The notes beneath the pieces were generated by a model. That model ran no database searches, was not told the DNA's origin, and worked only from the letters and a program-made list of their open reading frames with translations. A DNA stretch of 63,917 bases, filler included, from an uncultured Methanoregulaceae archaeon (lineage in GTDB: Archaea; Halobacteriota; Methanomicrobia; Methanomicrobiales; Methanospirillaceae), in NCBI GenBank assembly GCA_964530035.1. It is 9 parts of 9 records of this genome, joined end to end, with 100 filler letters (N's around TTAATTAATTAA, not from the genome) between each part and the next. Parts side by side here need not be neighbours in the genome. Positions count along the whole stretch, not along the records: positions 15,133 to 22,531 come from CAZGXZ010000132.1; positions 22,632 to 30,012 come from CAZGXZ010000133.1; 7 more parts are not named here. One strand, 5' to 3'. A program made the translations under genes and the position numbers. This document shows positions 19,877-28,377 of the stretch, one piece after another. Every line of letters starts with the position of its first letter. Positions within the stretch are counted from its first letter, which is position 1.

Positions 19877-21229
19877 ATGAAAAGGGCGGTCATCAGGAAT
19901 AAAAACACTGTCCGGAAGGGCCGTTATGTCCTGTACTGGATGCAGTCATCCCACCGGATATTAGAAAACCCTGCCTTATCATGCGCAGCAACGCTTGCGA
20001 ACAGGCTGCATGTCCCGCTGGTCGCATGTTTTGTGTTCATGCCAGGGTATCCCGGTGCAAACCGCCGCAGCTTCCAGTTTCTCCTTGAAGGTCTTTTTGA
20101 TGTTGAACGAAGGTTCAATGATGCCGGGATTGAGTTCCATACCCTCATCGGCGACCCCCCGTCTGCTGTTATAGGTCTATCGAAGACTGCTGCCGCAGTC
20201 GTTATGGATGAGGGGTACCTCCGGCACCAGCAGATGTGGTACGGGGAGGTCAGCATGAAAGCATCCTGTCTTGTTCTGAGCGTGGAAGCGAATGTTGTGG
20301 TGCCGGTCAGGAAAGTTTCGTCAAAGCTGGAGTACTCCGCCGCTACCATCAGGCCAAAGCTCCATCGGAATATACCCGACTATCTCGTCCCGGTTCCGGA
20401 TGTTCTCCCTGAATATGAGGCGCGGGAAAAACTGGTGGAAGACAATGCACAAGTCCGTTCCATAGATGAGATCCCTGGCGTTGTCAATAGCGGGACAGGG
20501 CCTGCACCGTCTCCTTTTTTTCAGGGTGGGACAAAGGAAGCCATGCGCCGCTTTTCCGCATTCCTTTCCTCTGGCCTGGACAGATATCACGAGACCCGGA
20601 ACGATCCCGTTTCAGGCGTTCTTTCTCACATGAGTCCATACCTTCATTTCGGTCAGGTGTCTCCGGCGTTCCTGGCAAGAAAAGCGATAGAATCCGATTC
20701 TCCAGGAGCCGAGGCCTTTATCGAGGAACTGGTGGTGCGCCGGGAACTTGCAATGAACTATGCCTTGTTTAACCCCTCATATGACCGGTATGATGGAATA
20801 CCTGCATGGGCGAAACGGAGCCTGGAGTCCCACCGATCAGACCCGAGACGCTACCTGTACTCTTTTGGGGAGTTCGAGAGGGCTGAGACCCACGACCCTT
20901 ACTGGAATGCCGCTCAGGAGGAGATGCGGATAACTGGAAAGATGCATGGGTACATGCGAATGTACTGGGGAAAAAAAATCCTGGAATGGAGCGCCACACC
21001 GGAGGAGGCATACGAAACGGCGGTCGTCCTGAATGACCGGTACGAGCTGGACGGTCGTGATCCGAATGGATATGCCGGTATTGCCTGGTGTTTCGGTACC
21101 CATGACCGCCCCTGGAAGGATCGGCCTGTATTTGGAATGGTGAGGTTTATGAACGAATCCGGCCTGAAACGGAAGTTTGATGCAGATGCCTATGTTGAAA
21201 AGGTCAGGTCCTGCGGTGGCCGCATATAA
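19877..21229 (+). CDS. phr: Class II CPD photolyase
   Basis: VLYWM, SHMSPYLHFGQ, FIEEL.VRREL, THDPYWNAAQ, GKMHGYMRMYWGKKILEW and DGRDPNGY motifs. Confidence 0.95.
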   Translation: MKRAVIRNKNTVRKGRYVLYWMQSSHRILENPALSCAATLANRLHVPLVACFVFMPGYPGANRRSFQFLLEGLFDVERRFNDAGIEFHTLIGDPPSAVIGLSKTAAAVVMDEGYLRHQQMWYGEVSMKASCLVLSVEANVVVPVRKVSSKLEYSAATIRPKLHRNIPDYLVPVPDVLPEYEAREKLVEDNAQVRSIDEIPGVVNSGTGPAPSPFFQGGTKEAMRRFSAFLSSGLDRYHETRNDPVSGVLSHMSPYLHFGQVSPAFLARKAIESDSPGAEAFIEELVVRRELAMNYALFNPSYDRYDGIPAWAKRSLESHRSDPRRYLYSFGEFERAETHDPYWNAAQEEMRITGKMHGYMRMYWGKKILEWSATPEEAYETAVVLNDRYELDGRDPNGYAGIAWCFGTHDRPWKDRPVFGMVRFMNESGLKRKFDADAYVEKVRSCGGRI

Positions 21230-21238
21230 GGCAGGGGG

Positions 21239-22531
21239 TCAGGCACGTTTGAACATCCTGTCAAGGTCACGGGCAGTAAACCTCACGAGGGTAGGTCGTC
21301 CATGCGGGCATGTGTGGGGGTGAACGCACCTGAAAAGTTGCTTTAAGAGGCGGTTCCCCTGTTCAGGAGTACAAAATGCCCCAGCTTTCACTGCGGCACG
21401 GCACGCGACAACCTGGGCCATCCGCTCTCTGAAAGGCTTTTTTTGGGGCATGTCCCCATGGAGGACAGCTGAAAGAAGATCCTGAACGTCAGACGGGCTG
21501 CTTATCTGGCCGAGGACTGCCGGGACCGAGCGAACGGCATAGCTTCCGGCACCGAATGGTTCGACCATGAACCCGGCATCTTCCAGGTCGGGGAGGTATT
21601 CTTCAAGAGATTGCGTTTCTGATGGTGAAAGGAGGAGGGGTACGGGAACGATCAGCTCCTGGCCTGAAGTGGAGTTCCGGGCAAGGATCTGTTCATACAG
21701 GACCCGTTCATGGGCGGCATGCTGGTCTACAATCCAGAAGGCCCCATCTGTGCCTGTCGCAAGAAGGAAGAGGTCATTTACCTGGGCGATAACCTCTGGC
21801 ACATCCTTATGCGTGTCCTGCCCTGGGAGGAGTTCGCTCTGGCGCAGCCGGTGTTCTGTGTCCCGGAGGAGTGACGGGGATGGTTCCCGGACCTCCCATG
21901 CGTCAGCTGCCGGTTTTTTTTCACCCCGGTACAGCCCTTTAACAGTGCTCGTTTCATTCAAGCGGCCCGCAGGGGTCTCCGGGGTTGGGAAGAGGTCAGC
22001 CCGTGCCAGTGAATCTTCCACTGAGCGGAGCACGGCATCAGCAACAAGGTCCTCATGTTCGAACTTTACGAGGAGCTTCGCCGGGTGTACGTTTACATCA
22101 ACGTATGAAGGGTCGAGTTCGACGTGGATACAACCCACCGGCCATGACCCTTGTGAAAGGAGGTCTCCGTAGGCTTCCCTGGCGGCCTGCTGGAGCCGCG
22201 GTGACCGAATGGGGCGGCCATTGAGGACAACGAAAAGCCGGTAGGGATCCTTCCTGGAAGACCCGGGAAGTGCAAGGACACCAGAGACTCTGATCCTGTC
22301 ATCCAATGGGGCTATCTGGAAAAATTTGCCTGGATCAGGCGTCCCCATAAGGGCCATGACCGTGGATTGGAGTTCCCCGTCACCAGGGACCGCCAGACGT
22401 TCACGTCCGTTGACGAGAAGGGTGAACCTGGTGCCGGGCCGCGAAAGGGCAGCTGACTCTACAACCCCGTATACCCGCCCCAGTTCCGTGGCAACAGACC
22501 TGAGGAACTTCCTCCGTGCGGGCATGGCAGC
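21239..22531 (-). CDS. mutL: DNA mismatch repair protein MutL, 5'-truncated
   Basis: PARRKFL, VDVNVHPAK, DQHAAHER.LYE, ACRAAVK and CPHGRP motifs. Confidence 0.95.
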   Translation of the reverse strand, partial: AAMPARRKFLRSVATELGRVYGVVESAALSRPGTRFTLLVNGRERLAVPGDGELQSTVMALMGTPDPGKFFQIAPLDDRIRVSGVLALPGSSRKDPYRLFVVLNGRPIRSPRLQQAAREAYGDLLSQGSWPVGCIHVELDPSYVDVNVHPAKLLVKFEHEDLVADAVLRSVEDSLARADLFPTPETPAGRLNETSTVKGLYRGEKKPAADAWEVREPSPSLLRDTEHRLRQSELLPGQDTHKDVPEVIAQVNDLFLLATGTDGAFWIVDQHAAHERVLYEQILARNSTSGQELIVPVPLLLSPSETQSLEEYLPDLEDAGFMVEPFGAGSYAVRSVPAVLGQISSPSDVQDLLSAVLHGDMPQKKPFRERMAQVVACRAAVKAGAFCTPEQGNRLLKQLFRCVHPHTCPHGRPTLVRFTARDLDRMFKRA

Positions 22532-22633
22532 NNNNNNNNNNNNNNNNNNNNNNNNNNNNNNNNNNNNNNNNNNNNTTAATTAATTAANNNNNNNNNNNNN
22601 NNNNNNNNNNNNNNNNNNNNNNNNNNNNNNNCA

Positions 22634-23032
22634 GTTATTTCAAGATCGCTTACTCCGCAGAAAGGTCCGAACCTGAATACAACGCTAGGTGAAGGTGCTT
22701 TCGGGACAATAGGCGATAATAGCTTACTTACTGGTTGGAGCCGCTACAGTTCCAAAGGCACCCTTGTTGGTTGGGACAAGTATCTGAGTAAATACACTGA
22801 TTATACCAGTACCGTCATCACACCAGGGGACAAGTTCGTCCTGCATGCCGACTATGGTGCACGAGATGAATCTGGAAATAAACAGATTGCCTGGTTGCAG
22901 CAGGGAGGAAATTACCCATTCCCGATTAAGCAGGGTGATGTACTGACCTATGACCTGATCGACACGAACAGCAAGAAGATCATCACATCAGGGCAGATCC
23001 TTGTCCCGGAGTTCAACGTGGCGACCACGTAA
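22634..23032 (+). CDS. Archaeal type IV pilin-like protein, C-terminal fragment (missing from the ORF track)
   Basis: Open frame VISRSLTPQKG...ITPGDKFVL...QGDVLTYDLIDTNSKKIITSGQILVP*, similar to the C-termini of the downstream pilins. Confidence 0.65.
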   Translation, partial: VISRSLTPQKGPNLNTTLGEGAFGTIGDNSLLTGWSRYSSKGTLVGWDKYLSKYTDYTSTVITPGDKFVLHADYGARDESGNKQIAWLQQGGNYPFPIKQGDVLTYDLIDTNSKKIITSGQILVPEFNVATT

Positions 23033-23045
23033 GGGGGGATGAGCA

Positions 23046-23744
23046 ATGAAAAATAGACAATTCTATGAAGATGCGGTTTCGCCGGTCATTGGCGTCCTGT
23101 TGATGCTCGTGGTGACCATTATCATCGCGGCAGTTGTCAGTGGCTTTGCCGGTGGACTTGTCGGCACCCAGCAGAAGGCGCCATCAGCGTCCTTTGAGAC
23201 CAGAATCAGCAACTCAGGGGGTTGGGGTACTAGCACGTTTGATTTGCTCTGTAAAAGCACGGATGTAGCCATTCCGACCAAGGACTTGAAACTGGTCACG
23301 ATGTGGAAGATGAAGAATGGAACTGTAGTGAGGAATGTCATCACAGGGCCCTCATCCGTTGGGAATACAAAATATGGAACGTACGAATATAATGTACCAC
23401 TGGGTTTTGGTCCAGGTGTGAACCGGACGGCTTTTTCCGGGACTTATTACACTGACCAGTTTTACGGCAATTATACCCTTATGGCTGGAACAAGAATGCA
23501 CAACTCTGCGGCGGGTTATTCAACGAGCACAGGAGGATATGGAGTAACTCCCGCGACCCGGTATCAGTATTCCGATGGTTCATATAACCTGGGACCAACG
23601 CAGTCCGGTGTGGATGCCATGGAAGCGCTTCTTGGTACTGCATGGACAGAGCTCAGGCCTGGAGATATTGTTGAGGTCCAGCTGATCCATATACCGTCCC
23701 AGAAGGTCATCTATGACCAGAATGTGAAGGTAGAGGAGGGATGA
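23046..23744 (+). CDS. Archaeal type IV pilin (Pilin_N/DUF1628)
   Basis: Class III signal peptide EDA|VSPVIGVLLMLVVTIIIAAVVSGF. Confidence 0.9.
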   Translation: MKNRQFYEDAVSPVIGVLLMLVVTIIIAAVVSGFAGGLVGTQQKAPSASFETRISNSGGWGTSTFDLLCKSTDVAIPTKDLKLVTMWKMKNGTVVRNVITGPSSVGNTKYGTYEYNVPLGFGPGVNRTAFSGTYYTDQFYGNYTLMAGTRMHNSAAGYSTSTGGYGVTPATRYQYSDGSYNLGPTQSGVDAMEALLGTAWTELRPGDIVEVQLIHIPSQKVIYDQNVKVEEG

Positions 23745-24307
23745 AAATGACCATGAAACACGTACAGGATTCTGCAGTGTCCCCCGTGGTAGGCGTCCTT
23801 CTCATGCTCGTCGTGACTATCATCATCGCTGCTGTAGTCAGTGGCTTTGCAGGTGGGTTCGCTTCAGGTTCAGATAAAGCTCCGAACGCAGTTATCAAAG
23901 CAGGTTACAGCCAGACCTACGGGTTCTGGATGGAAAATACCGGGCCTGATGACCTCAGCACGATGAGCACCAATGTGTATGTCAGGTGTTCCGATTCTTT
24001 CGGCAACGCAGAGCATATGGCCTGGGCAGTTAACAAAACAACTATTACAAATACCACAAAGCAGCCAACTGTTGATGCATTCAGATGGTTCAGAAATGAC
24101 GGATATACCGGGATTAAATCCTGGAAGGTTGGAGAGCGTCATTACGTCCTGCCGCCGTACCATCTCAAGGAATATTTCCAGCCAACAGCTAGCAGTGGGG
24201 CATATTATTTCAACTTGACAGAAAACCAGGGCAACTCGTTCTGGCTTGAACTGACAGACAAGAACGGGAAGATGTTCTCCCGGACCAAGGTTAAGATCGA
24301 ACCGTGA
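23741..24307 (+). CDS. Archaeal type IV pilin (Pilin_N/DUF1628)
   Basis: Class III signal peptide DSA|VSPVVGVLLMLVVTIIIAAVVSGF; ATGA overlap with the upstream pilin. Confidence 0.9.
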   Translation: MKMTMKHVQDSAVSPVVGVLLMLVVTIIIAAVVSGFAGGFASGSDKAPNAVIKAGYSQTYGFWMENTGPDDLSTMSTNVYVRCSDSFGNAEHMAWAVNKTTITNTTKQPTVDAFRWFRNDGYTGIKSWKVGERHYVLPPYHLKEYFQPTASSGAYYFNLTENQGNSFWLELTDKNGKMFSRTKVKIEP

Positions 24308-24330
24308 TCTTTTCCTTTTCATCCTTTTTT
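24308..24330 (+). terminator. Oligo-T archaeal terminator after the pilin operon
   Basis: TCTTTTCCTTTTCATCCTTTTTT immediately after the stop codon. Confidence 0.5.
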
Positions 24331-24450
24331 ACAACCGAAAACAAACCAGTCCTTTTCGTGCTCGAAAAAGCAGCCAGGACAATAATACACCAACGCCCTG
24401 TCCTATCCTACATCCTTTCCAAAAAATAACACACTCTCAATAAAGTGGCA

Positions 24451-24458
24451 TTTAAGTA
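24451..24458 (+). promoter_or_regulatory. TATA box for a probably leaderless fmdE-ABC transcript
   Basis: TTTAAGTA about 25 nt upstream of ATG 24483; no RBS visible. Confidence 0.5.
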
Positions 24459-24482
24459 TCACTTTTTCCCAATACTGATCAT

Positions 24483-24944
24483 ATGACATCATCATCCTCG
24501 ATGGACGACGACCACTGCCACCTCTTCAACATTACGAAGGACTATACCGCCGAGGACCTCGCCGCGTTCCACGGCCACCTCGGGCCGTTCATCGTGCTCG
24601 GGTACCGCATGGGGAGGTACGCCCGCGACCACTTCTGCAGCGACCCGTTCTCCATGAAGGCCGCCGTGTTCTGCTCGGGGACGACGCCCGAGTCCTGCGT
24701 CGCCGACGGCGTGCAGATCGGGTCAGGGTGCACCCTCGGCAAGCGCAACATCGAGCTCGTGGTGTCCCCCGAGGTCATGTGCGTCTTCGAGAACGACGGC
24801 AGGAAGCTCGTGTTAAAGCCCGTGCCCTTCGCCCCGCCGGCACGGAAGGGCGAGGACCCCCACTACGAGGCCGTCATCGAACACTTCGCCGAGGAGATGT
24901 TCAGGAAGACCGACCAGGAACTCTTCACCGCACGGGTCGAGTGA
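24483..24944 (+). CDS. FmdE-family (formylmethanofuran dehydrogenase subunit E-like) metal-binding protein
   Basis: AAFHGHLGP...GYRMG and SCVADGVQIGSGCTLGKRN motifs. Confidence 0.88.
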   Translation: MTSSSSMDDDHCHLFNITKDYTAEDLAAFHGHLGPFIVLGYRMGRYARDHFCSDPFSMKAAVFCSGTTPESCVADGVQIGSGCTLGKRNIELVVSPEVMCVFENDGRKLVLKPVPFAPPARKGEDPHYEAVIEHFAEEMFRKTDQELFTARVE

Positions 24945-25078
24945 CCCTGGCCTGTATGACCCGGGAATTCATGGCAACCCGTTCCATGACAACCCCGGGG
25001 ATGAAACCGCTTTGAATGGCAAAACCCTGGATGATATATCGTTGAACAACCCTGGAATGACCCCACCATGACCCCATC

Positions 25079-25840
25079 ATGACGACGCCAGACACGCAGG
25101 AGCCGGGAAACGGGGACGCGGTCGTCCTCGACCATGTCTACACGGCGTACGAGGGCGCCGACCACCCCACGCTGAGGGACATATCCCTCACGATCAGGAA
25201 GGGCGAGTACGTCATCGTCGGGGGGCCGAACGGTGCCGGGAAGACCACGCTCCTTGAGACGATCAACGGGATGCTCAAGATCACCCACGGCACGGCCACG
25301 GTGTGCGGCCTGCCCCTCGCCGGGGACGGCGTCCACGTGAGAAAGCGGGTCGGGTACCTCATCCAGAACTTCGCGTTCAGCCCGTTGACGCCGTTCACCG
25401 TCCGGGACGTCGTGCTCATGGGACGGTACGGCATCCTCGGCCTCTTTACGCGGCCCGGGGAACAGGACTTCCGTGCCGCCGAAGAGGCCATGGAGAGCCT
25501 CGGCATCGCCGACCTCGCGGACGTCCCGATCGGCCACCTCTCCGGCGGACAGCAGCAGAAGGCCCTGATCGCCCACAACCTCGCCAAGAGACCGCAGGTC
25601 CTCCTCCTCGACGAGCCGTTCAGCAACCTCGACCTGTTCGCGAGGGAGCGGATATCCCGCCTGCTCGGCGCCCTCGCGGAGCAGGGAATGACCATCATCA
25701 CTGTCTCCCACGCCTTCGACGACCTCCCGGACCGCCCGATCCGGATCCTCGTGATGAACGACGGCAGGCTCTGCCATGACAGCTCCTGTGCGCCCGGCGA
25801 GGTCGGGGCCCGTGTCAGGGCGGCGAGCGTCGCGTCCTGA
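25079..25840 (+). CDS. Metal ABC transporter ATP-binding protein (ZnuC-like)
   Basis: GPNGAGKTT, VGYLIQ, LSGGQQQK, LLLDEP and VSH motifs. Confidence 0.92.
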   Translation: MTTPDTQEPGNGDAVVLDHVYTAYEGADHPTLRDISLTIRKGEYVIVGGPNGAGKTTLLETINGMLKITHGTATVCGLPLAGDGVHVRKRVGYLIQNFAFSPLTPFTVRDVVLMGRYGILGLFTRPGEQDFRAAEEAMESLGIADLADVPIGHLSGGQQQKALIAHNLAKRPQVLLLDEPFSNLDLFARERISRLLGALAEQGMTIITVSHAFDDLPDRPIRILVMNDGRLCHDSSCAPGEVGARVRAASVAS

Positions 25841-25857
25841 ACGACACCCCTCATCCC

Positions 25858-26688
25858 ATGCTCGAATTCCTCCTCCAGAACAACATCGTCTGCCACGCCG
25901 TCGAGGCGATGCTCTTTGCATCGGTAGCCTGCAGCATCCTCGCCGTCATCATCACCCAGATCAACATCTCCTCGGTCGGGTTCACGATGGCGCATGCCGC
26001 GTTCGCAGGGGCCGCCGTCGGCATCTTCTTCTCGGTGAACGCGACGCTTGCCGCCATGCTCGCAGGGCTCCTCGTGGCCGTCCTGCTCGGCCCGCTCTCG
26101 GACCGGGCGAAGATCACGCCCGATACCACGCTCGGGGTCCTGTTCGGCATCACCATGGCGATCGCCATCTTCTTCATCGCCTACATGCAGTACCTCGGGC
26201 GGGGCTTCGCCGCGAGCGGGCTTTTATTCGGCGACGTCATCTCCCTCTACCGCGAGGACGTCTACGGGCTGGCCGTGATCTCCCTCGTGACCGTCCTCTT
26301 CATCGTCATCTTCTACAAGGAGATCACCGCGGTCATCTTCAACCAGAAGATCGCCGAGGCGGCGGGCATCAGGGTCAGGCCGGTCTTCTACGCGATGCTC
26401 TTCATGATCGCCATCACGGTCGCCCTGAGCATCAGCATCATCGGCGGCCTCCTCCTCTACGTGTGGCTGGTCACCCCGGCAGCGATCGCCGTGCAGTTCT
26501 GCAGCAGCATCAGGCAGATGTTCATCCTGGCCCCGGCCATCGGGGCCGCGGTCAGCGTGAGCGGCGCCCTGGTCGGCCTCGAGTACTCGCTCCCGGTCTC
26601 GCCCCTCACCGCGGTCTTTTTCAGCATCCTCTTTGCCGCAGCGATTATCCTGTCCCCCCGCCGCCGGATCACAATGAGAAAGGAATAA
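25858..26688 (+). CDS. Metal ABC transporter permease (ZnuB/ABC-3)
   Basis: MAHAAFAGAA, LLFGDV and IIGGLLL....VTPAAIA motifs. Confidence 0.92.
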   Translation: MLEFLLQNNIVCHAVEAMLFASVACSILAVIITQINISSVGFTMAHAAFAGAAVGIFFSVNATLAAMLAGLLVAVLLGPLSDRAKITPDTTLGVLFGITMAIAIFFIAYMQYLGRGFAASGLLFGDVISLYREDVYGLAVISLVTVLFIVIFYKEITAVIFNQKIAEAAGIRVRPVFYAMLFMIAITVALSISIIGGLLLYVWLVTPAAIAVQFCSSIRQMFILAPAIGAAVSVSGALVGLEYSLPVSPLTAVFFSILFAAAIILSPRRRITMRKE

Positions 26689-26713
26689 CCATTCCGGCGA
26701 GAAAATAGGACGT

Positions 26714-27682
26714 ATGAGAAGATACGTCACACTTTTTCTCATTGCAGCCTTCGTTTGTATTTCAGGTGCCTCGGCACTTGACGTGGTATCGACGACGACC
26801 GTCCTGTCCGACCCGATAAAGTACATCGGCGGGGACAGGGTCCAGGTGATCGCCATCGCGGACCCGACCATCTGCCCCCACATGCAGGGCGAGATCGTAC
26901 CGAACCGCATCCAGATGGAGAAGGACTTCATCGGGAAGGCCGACCTGTTCGTCGCGATCAACGGTTCCGTTGACAAGGAGTACGTCATGCCCTACGTGGA
27001 CAAGTTCATGGGGGCGAACCACCGGGCGAACGTCACCTGGAAGACGCTGAAGAACCCCTCGATGGTCTGGAACACGCCCGAAGGCGCCCACACCCTGGCG
27101 GGTGAGTCGGCAGGCTGGCTGATTGCCGCCGACCCGGGAAATAAGAGCTACTACGAGGAGCGGCTCGCCTCGTACCATGCCATGATCAACGCCACCGAAC
27201 CCTCAGACAAGGAACGGGCCCTTATCGCCGGGCAGGAGGCCGTCGTGATGCTCTGGCAGAAGGAGGCCGCGGAGAAGTGGCTCGGCCTCAAGGTCGTCTC
27301 GATCTTCGCCCCCGACTTCTACAACAAGGGGCAGTCGACGCCGCGGGCTGTCATCAACGACATCTTTGAGAACCCGGAGAAGTACCGGAACGTGAAATAC
27401 GTCATCGAGAACATGCAGTCCGGGGACATGGCCAAGGGCGTCGAGGAGGCCCTCCATGACAAGGGGATCCCGGCCCAGCGGGTCATCTTCACCAATTTCC
27501 CGGGATCGGTCGCAGGAGCCGAGACCCTGCCGGACGTCCTGAAGTACAACAGGGGACTTGTCACGCCGAACCAGACGACAACCAAGGCTCCGTCCCCGAC
27601 GAAGTCCCCGCTGCCCCTGGCCGTCGGGATAAGTGCCCTTGTCCTCGCGGGACTCGGGGCGGTGTACCGCTCAAAGAGCTAA
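26714..27682 (+). CDS. Metal ABC substrate-binding protein (ZnuA/TroA-like) with C-terminal KSPL-TM anchor
   Basis: Signal peptide; VVSTT...IGGDRV.V..I.....CPH; ADLFV.ING; DP.N..YYE; C-terminal Thr/Pro linker, KSPL, TM helix and RSKS. Confidence 0.85.
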   Translation: MRRYVTLFLIAAFVCISGASALDVVSTTTVLSDPIKYIGGDRVQVIAIADPTICPHMQGEIVPNRIQMEKDFIGKADLFVAINGSVDKEYVMPYVDKFMGANHRANVTWKTLKNPSMVWNTPEGAHTLAGESAGWLIAADPGNKSYYEERLASYHAMINATEPSDKERALIAGQEAVVMLWQKEAAEKWLGLKVVSIFAPDFYNKGQSTPRAVINDIFENPEKYRNVKYVIENMQSGDMAKGVEEALHDKGIPAQRVIFTNFPGSVAGAETLPDVLKYNRGLVTPNQTTTKAPSPTKSPLPLAVGISALVLAGLGAVYRSKS

Positions 27683-27696
27683 TCCCCTTTTTTTCA

Positions 27697-28351
27697 GGCG
27701 TTTTTGAATGCTTCAAGACCGTGCCGGATTCAAGTAGCCTCACCTATCCCGATATCCGACAACCATCAACCCTTCAGCTGGGAGGATACCCCCACACTTA
27801 CAAAACGATACCCCGCCGCCCCCCGAAAGGCGCCCCGGCGGCGGTCTCACGGCCTTTCATGAAGAATTCGAACCGAAAAAATCTTGCTGAAATGATAAAA
27901 CGAGGGAATAATAAAACAGAAAACAACTTGTATCAGAAAACCGCTTACGGCTTGCAATGGCTATCGTATGCAGGGGGTTTGGGGGGCGGCAGCCCCCCGG
28001 AACGGATCCCTTTGACCTTCATTTCACATTCTCTCCCGTTCCACCTCAAACAATCAGCCTTCAGTGGAGGCTTCGCCCTGATACCCCTCGACCTATATGT
28101 TGCAGCCCCCCGGTTCTCATCTCTTTGACCCTCTGTTTGATACAATTAAAAGCCAAAAAACCGACTCTGTTAAAATGCAAATGAACTGAAGTTCACACCC
28201 GAACCCCCCAAAAATTCCCCTTCAAATCTCCTCATTATAAGGCCATTTTTTGCATTTTCATATGAAACCCCCCTGATAGGAACCGCCGCTTAAGGAGACC
28301 TCTCACAATGGGGTGAATAAAAATGAAGACAGGGAGAGTTTCAATGAAGCC
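27697..28351 (+). mobile_element. Most complete copy of the composite non-autonomous MITE-like repeat (module A ~27697-27945, B ~27946-28162, C 28163-28351)
   Basis: Homologous to 7205-7489(-), 30113-30480, 52043-52249, 37324-37459(-) and 51855-51949; imperfect terminal inverted repeats; no credible ORF. Confidence 0.8.
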
Positions 28352-28377
28352 GAAAAAACGGGTCCGTCCGGCTTCTC

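Noticed and set aside
24455..24480. NikR- or Zur-like operator (GTAT...ATAC) at the fmdE promoter
   Set aside because: The half-sites are only 4 bp with non-canonical spacing; not supportable without comparative data.
24863..26988. Long antisense and alternate-frame ORFs over the ABC operon, and similarly over serA, ppsA, larC and rbcL
   Set aside because: These are shadow ORFs caused by high GC3 codon bias; the sense genes carry clear family motifs.
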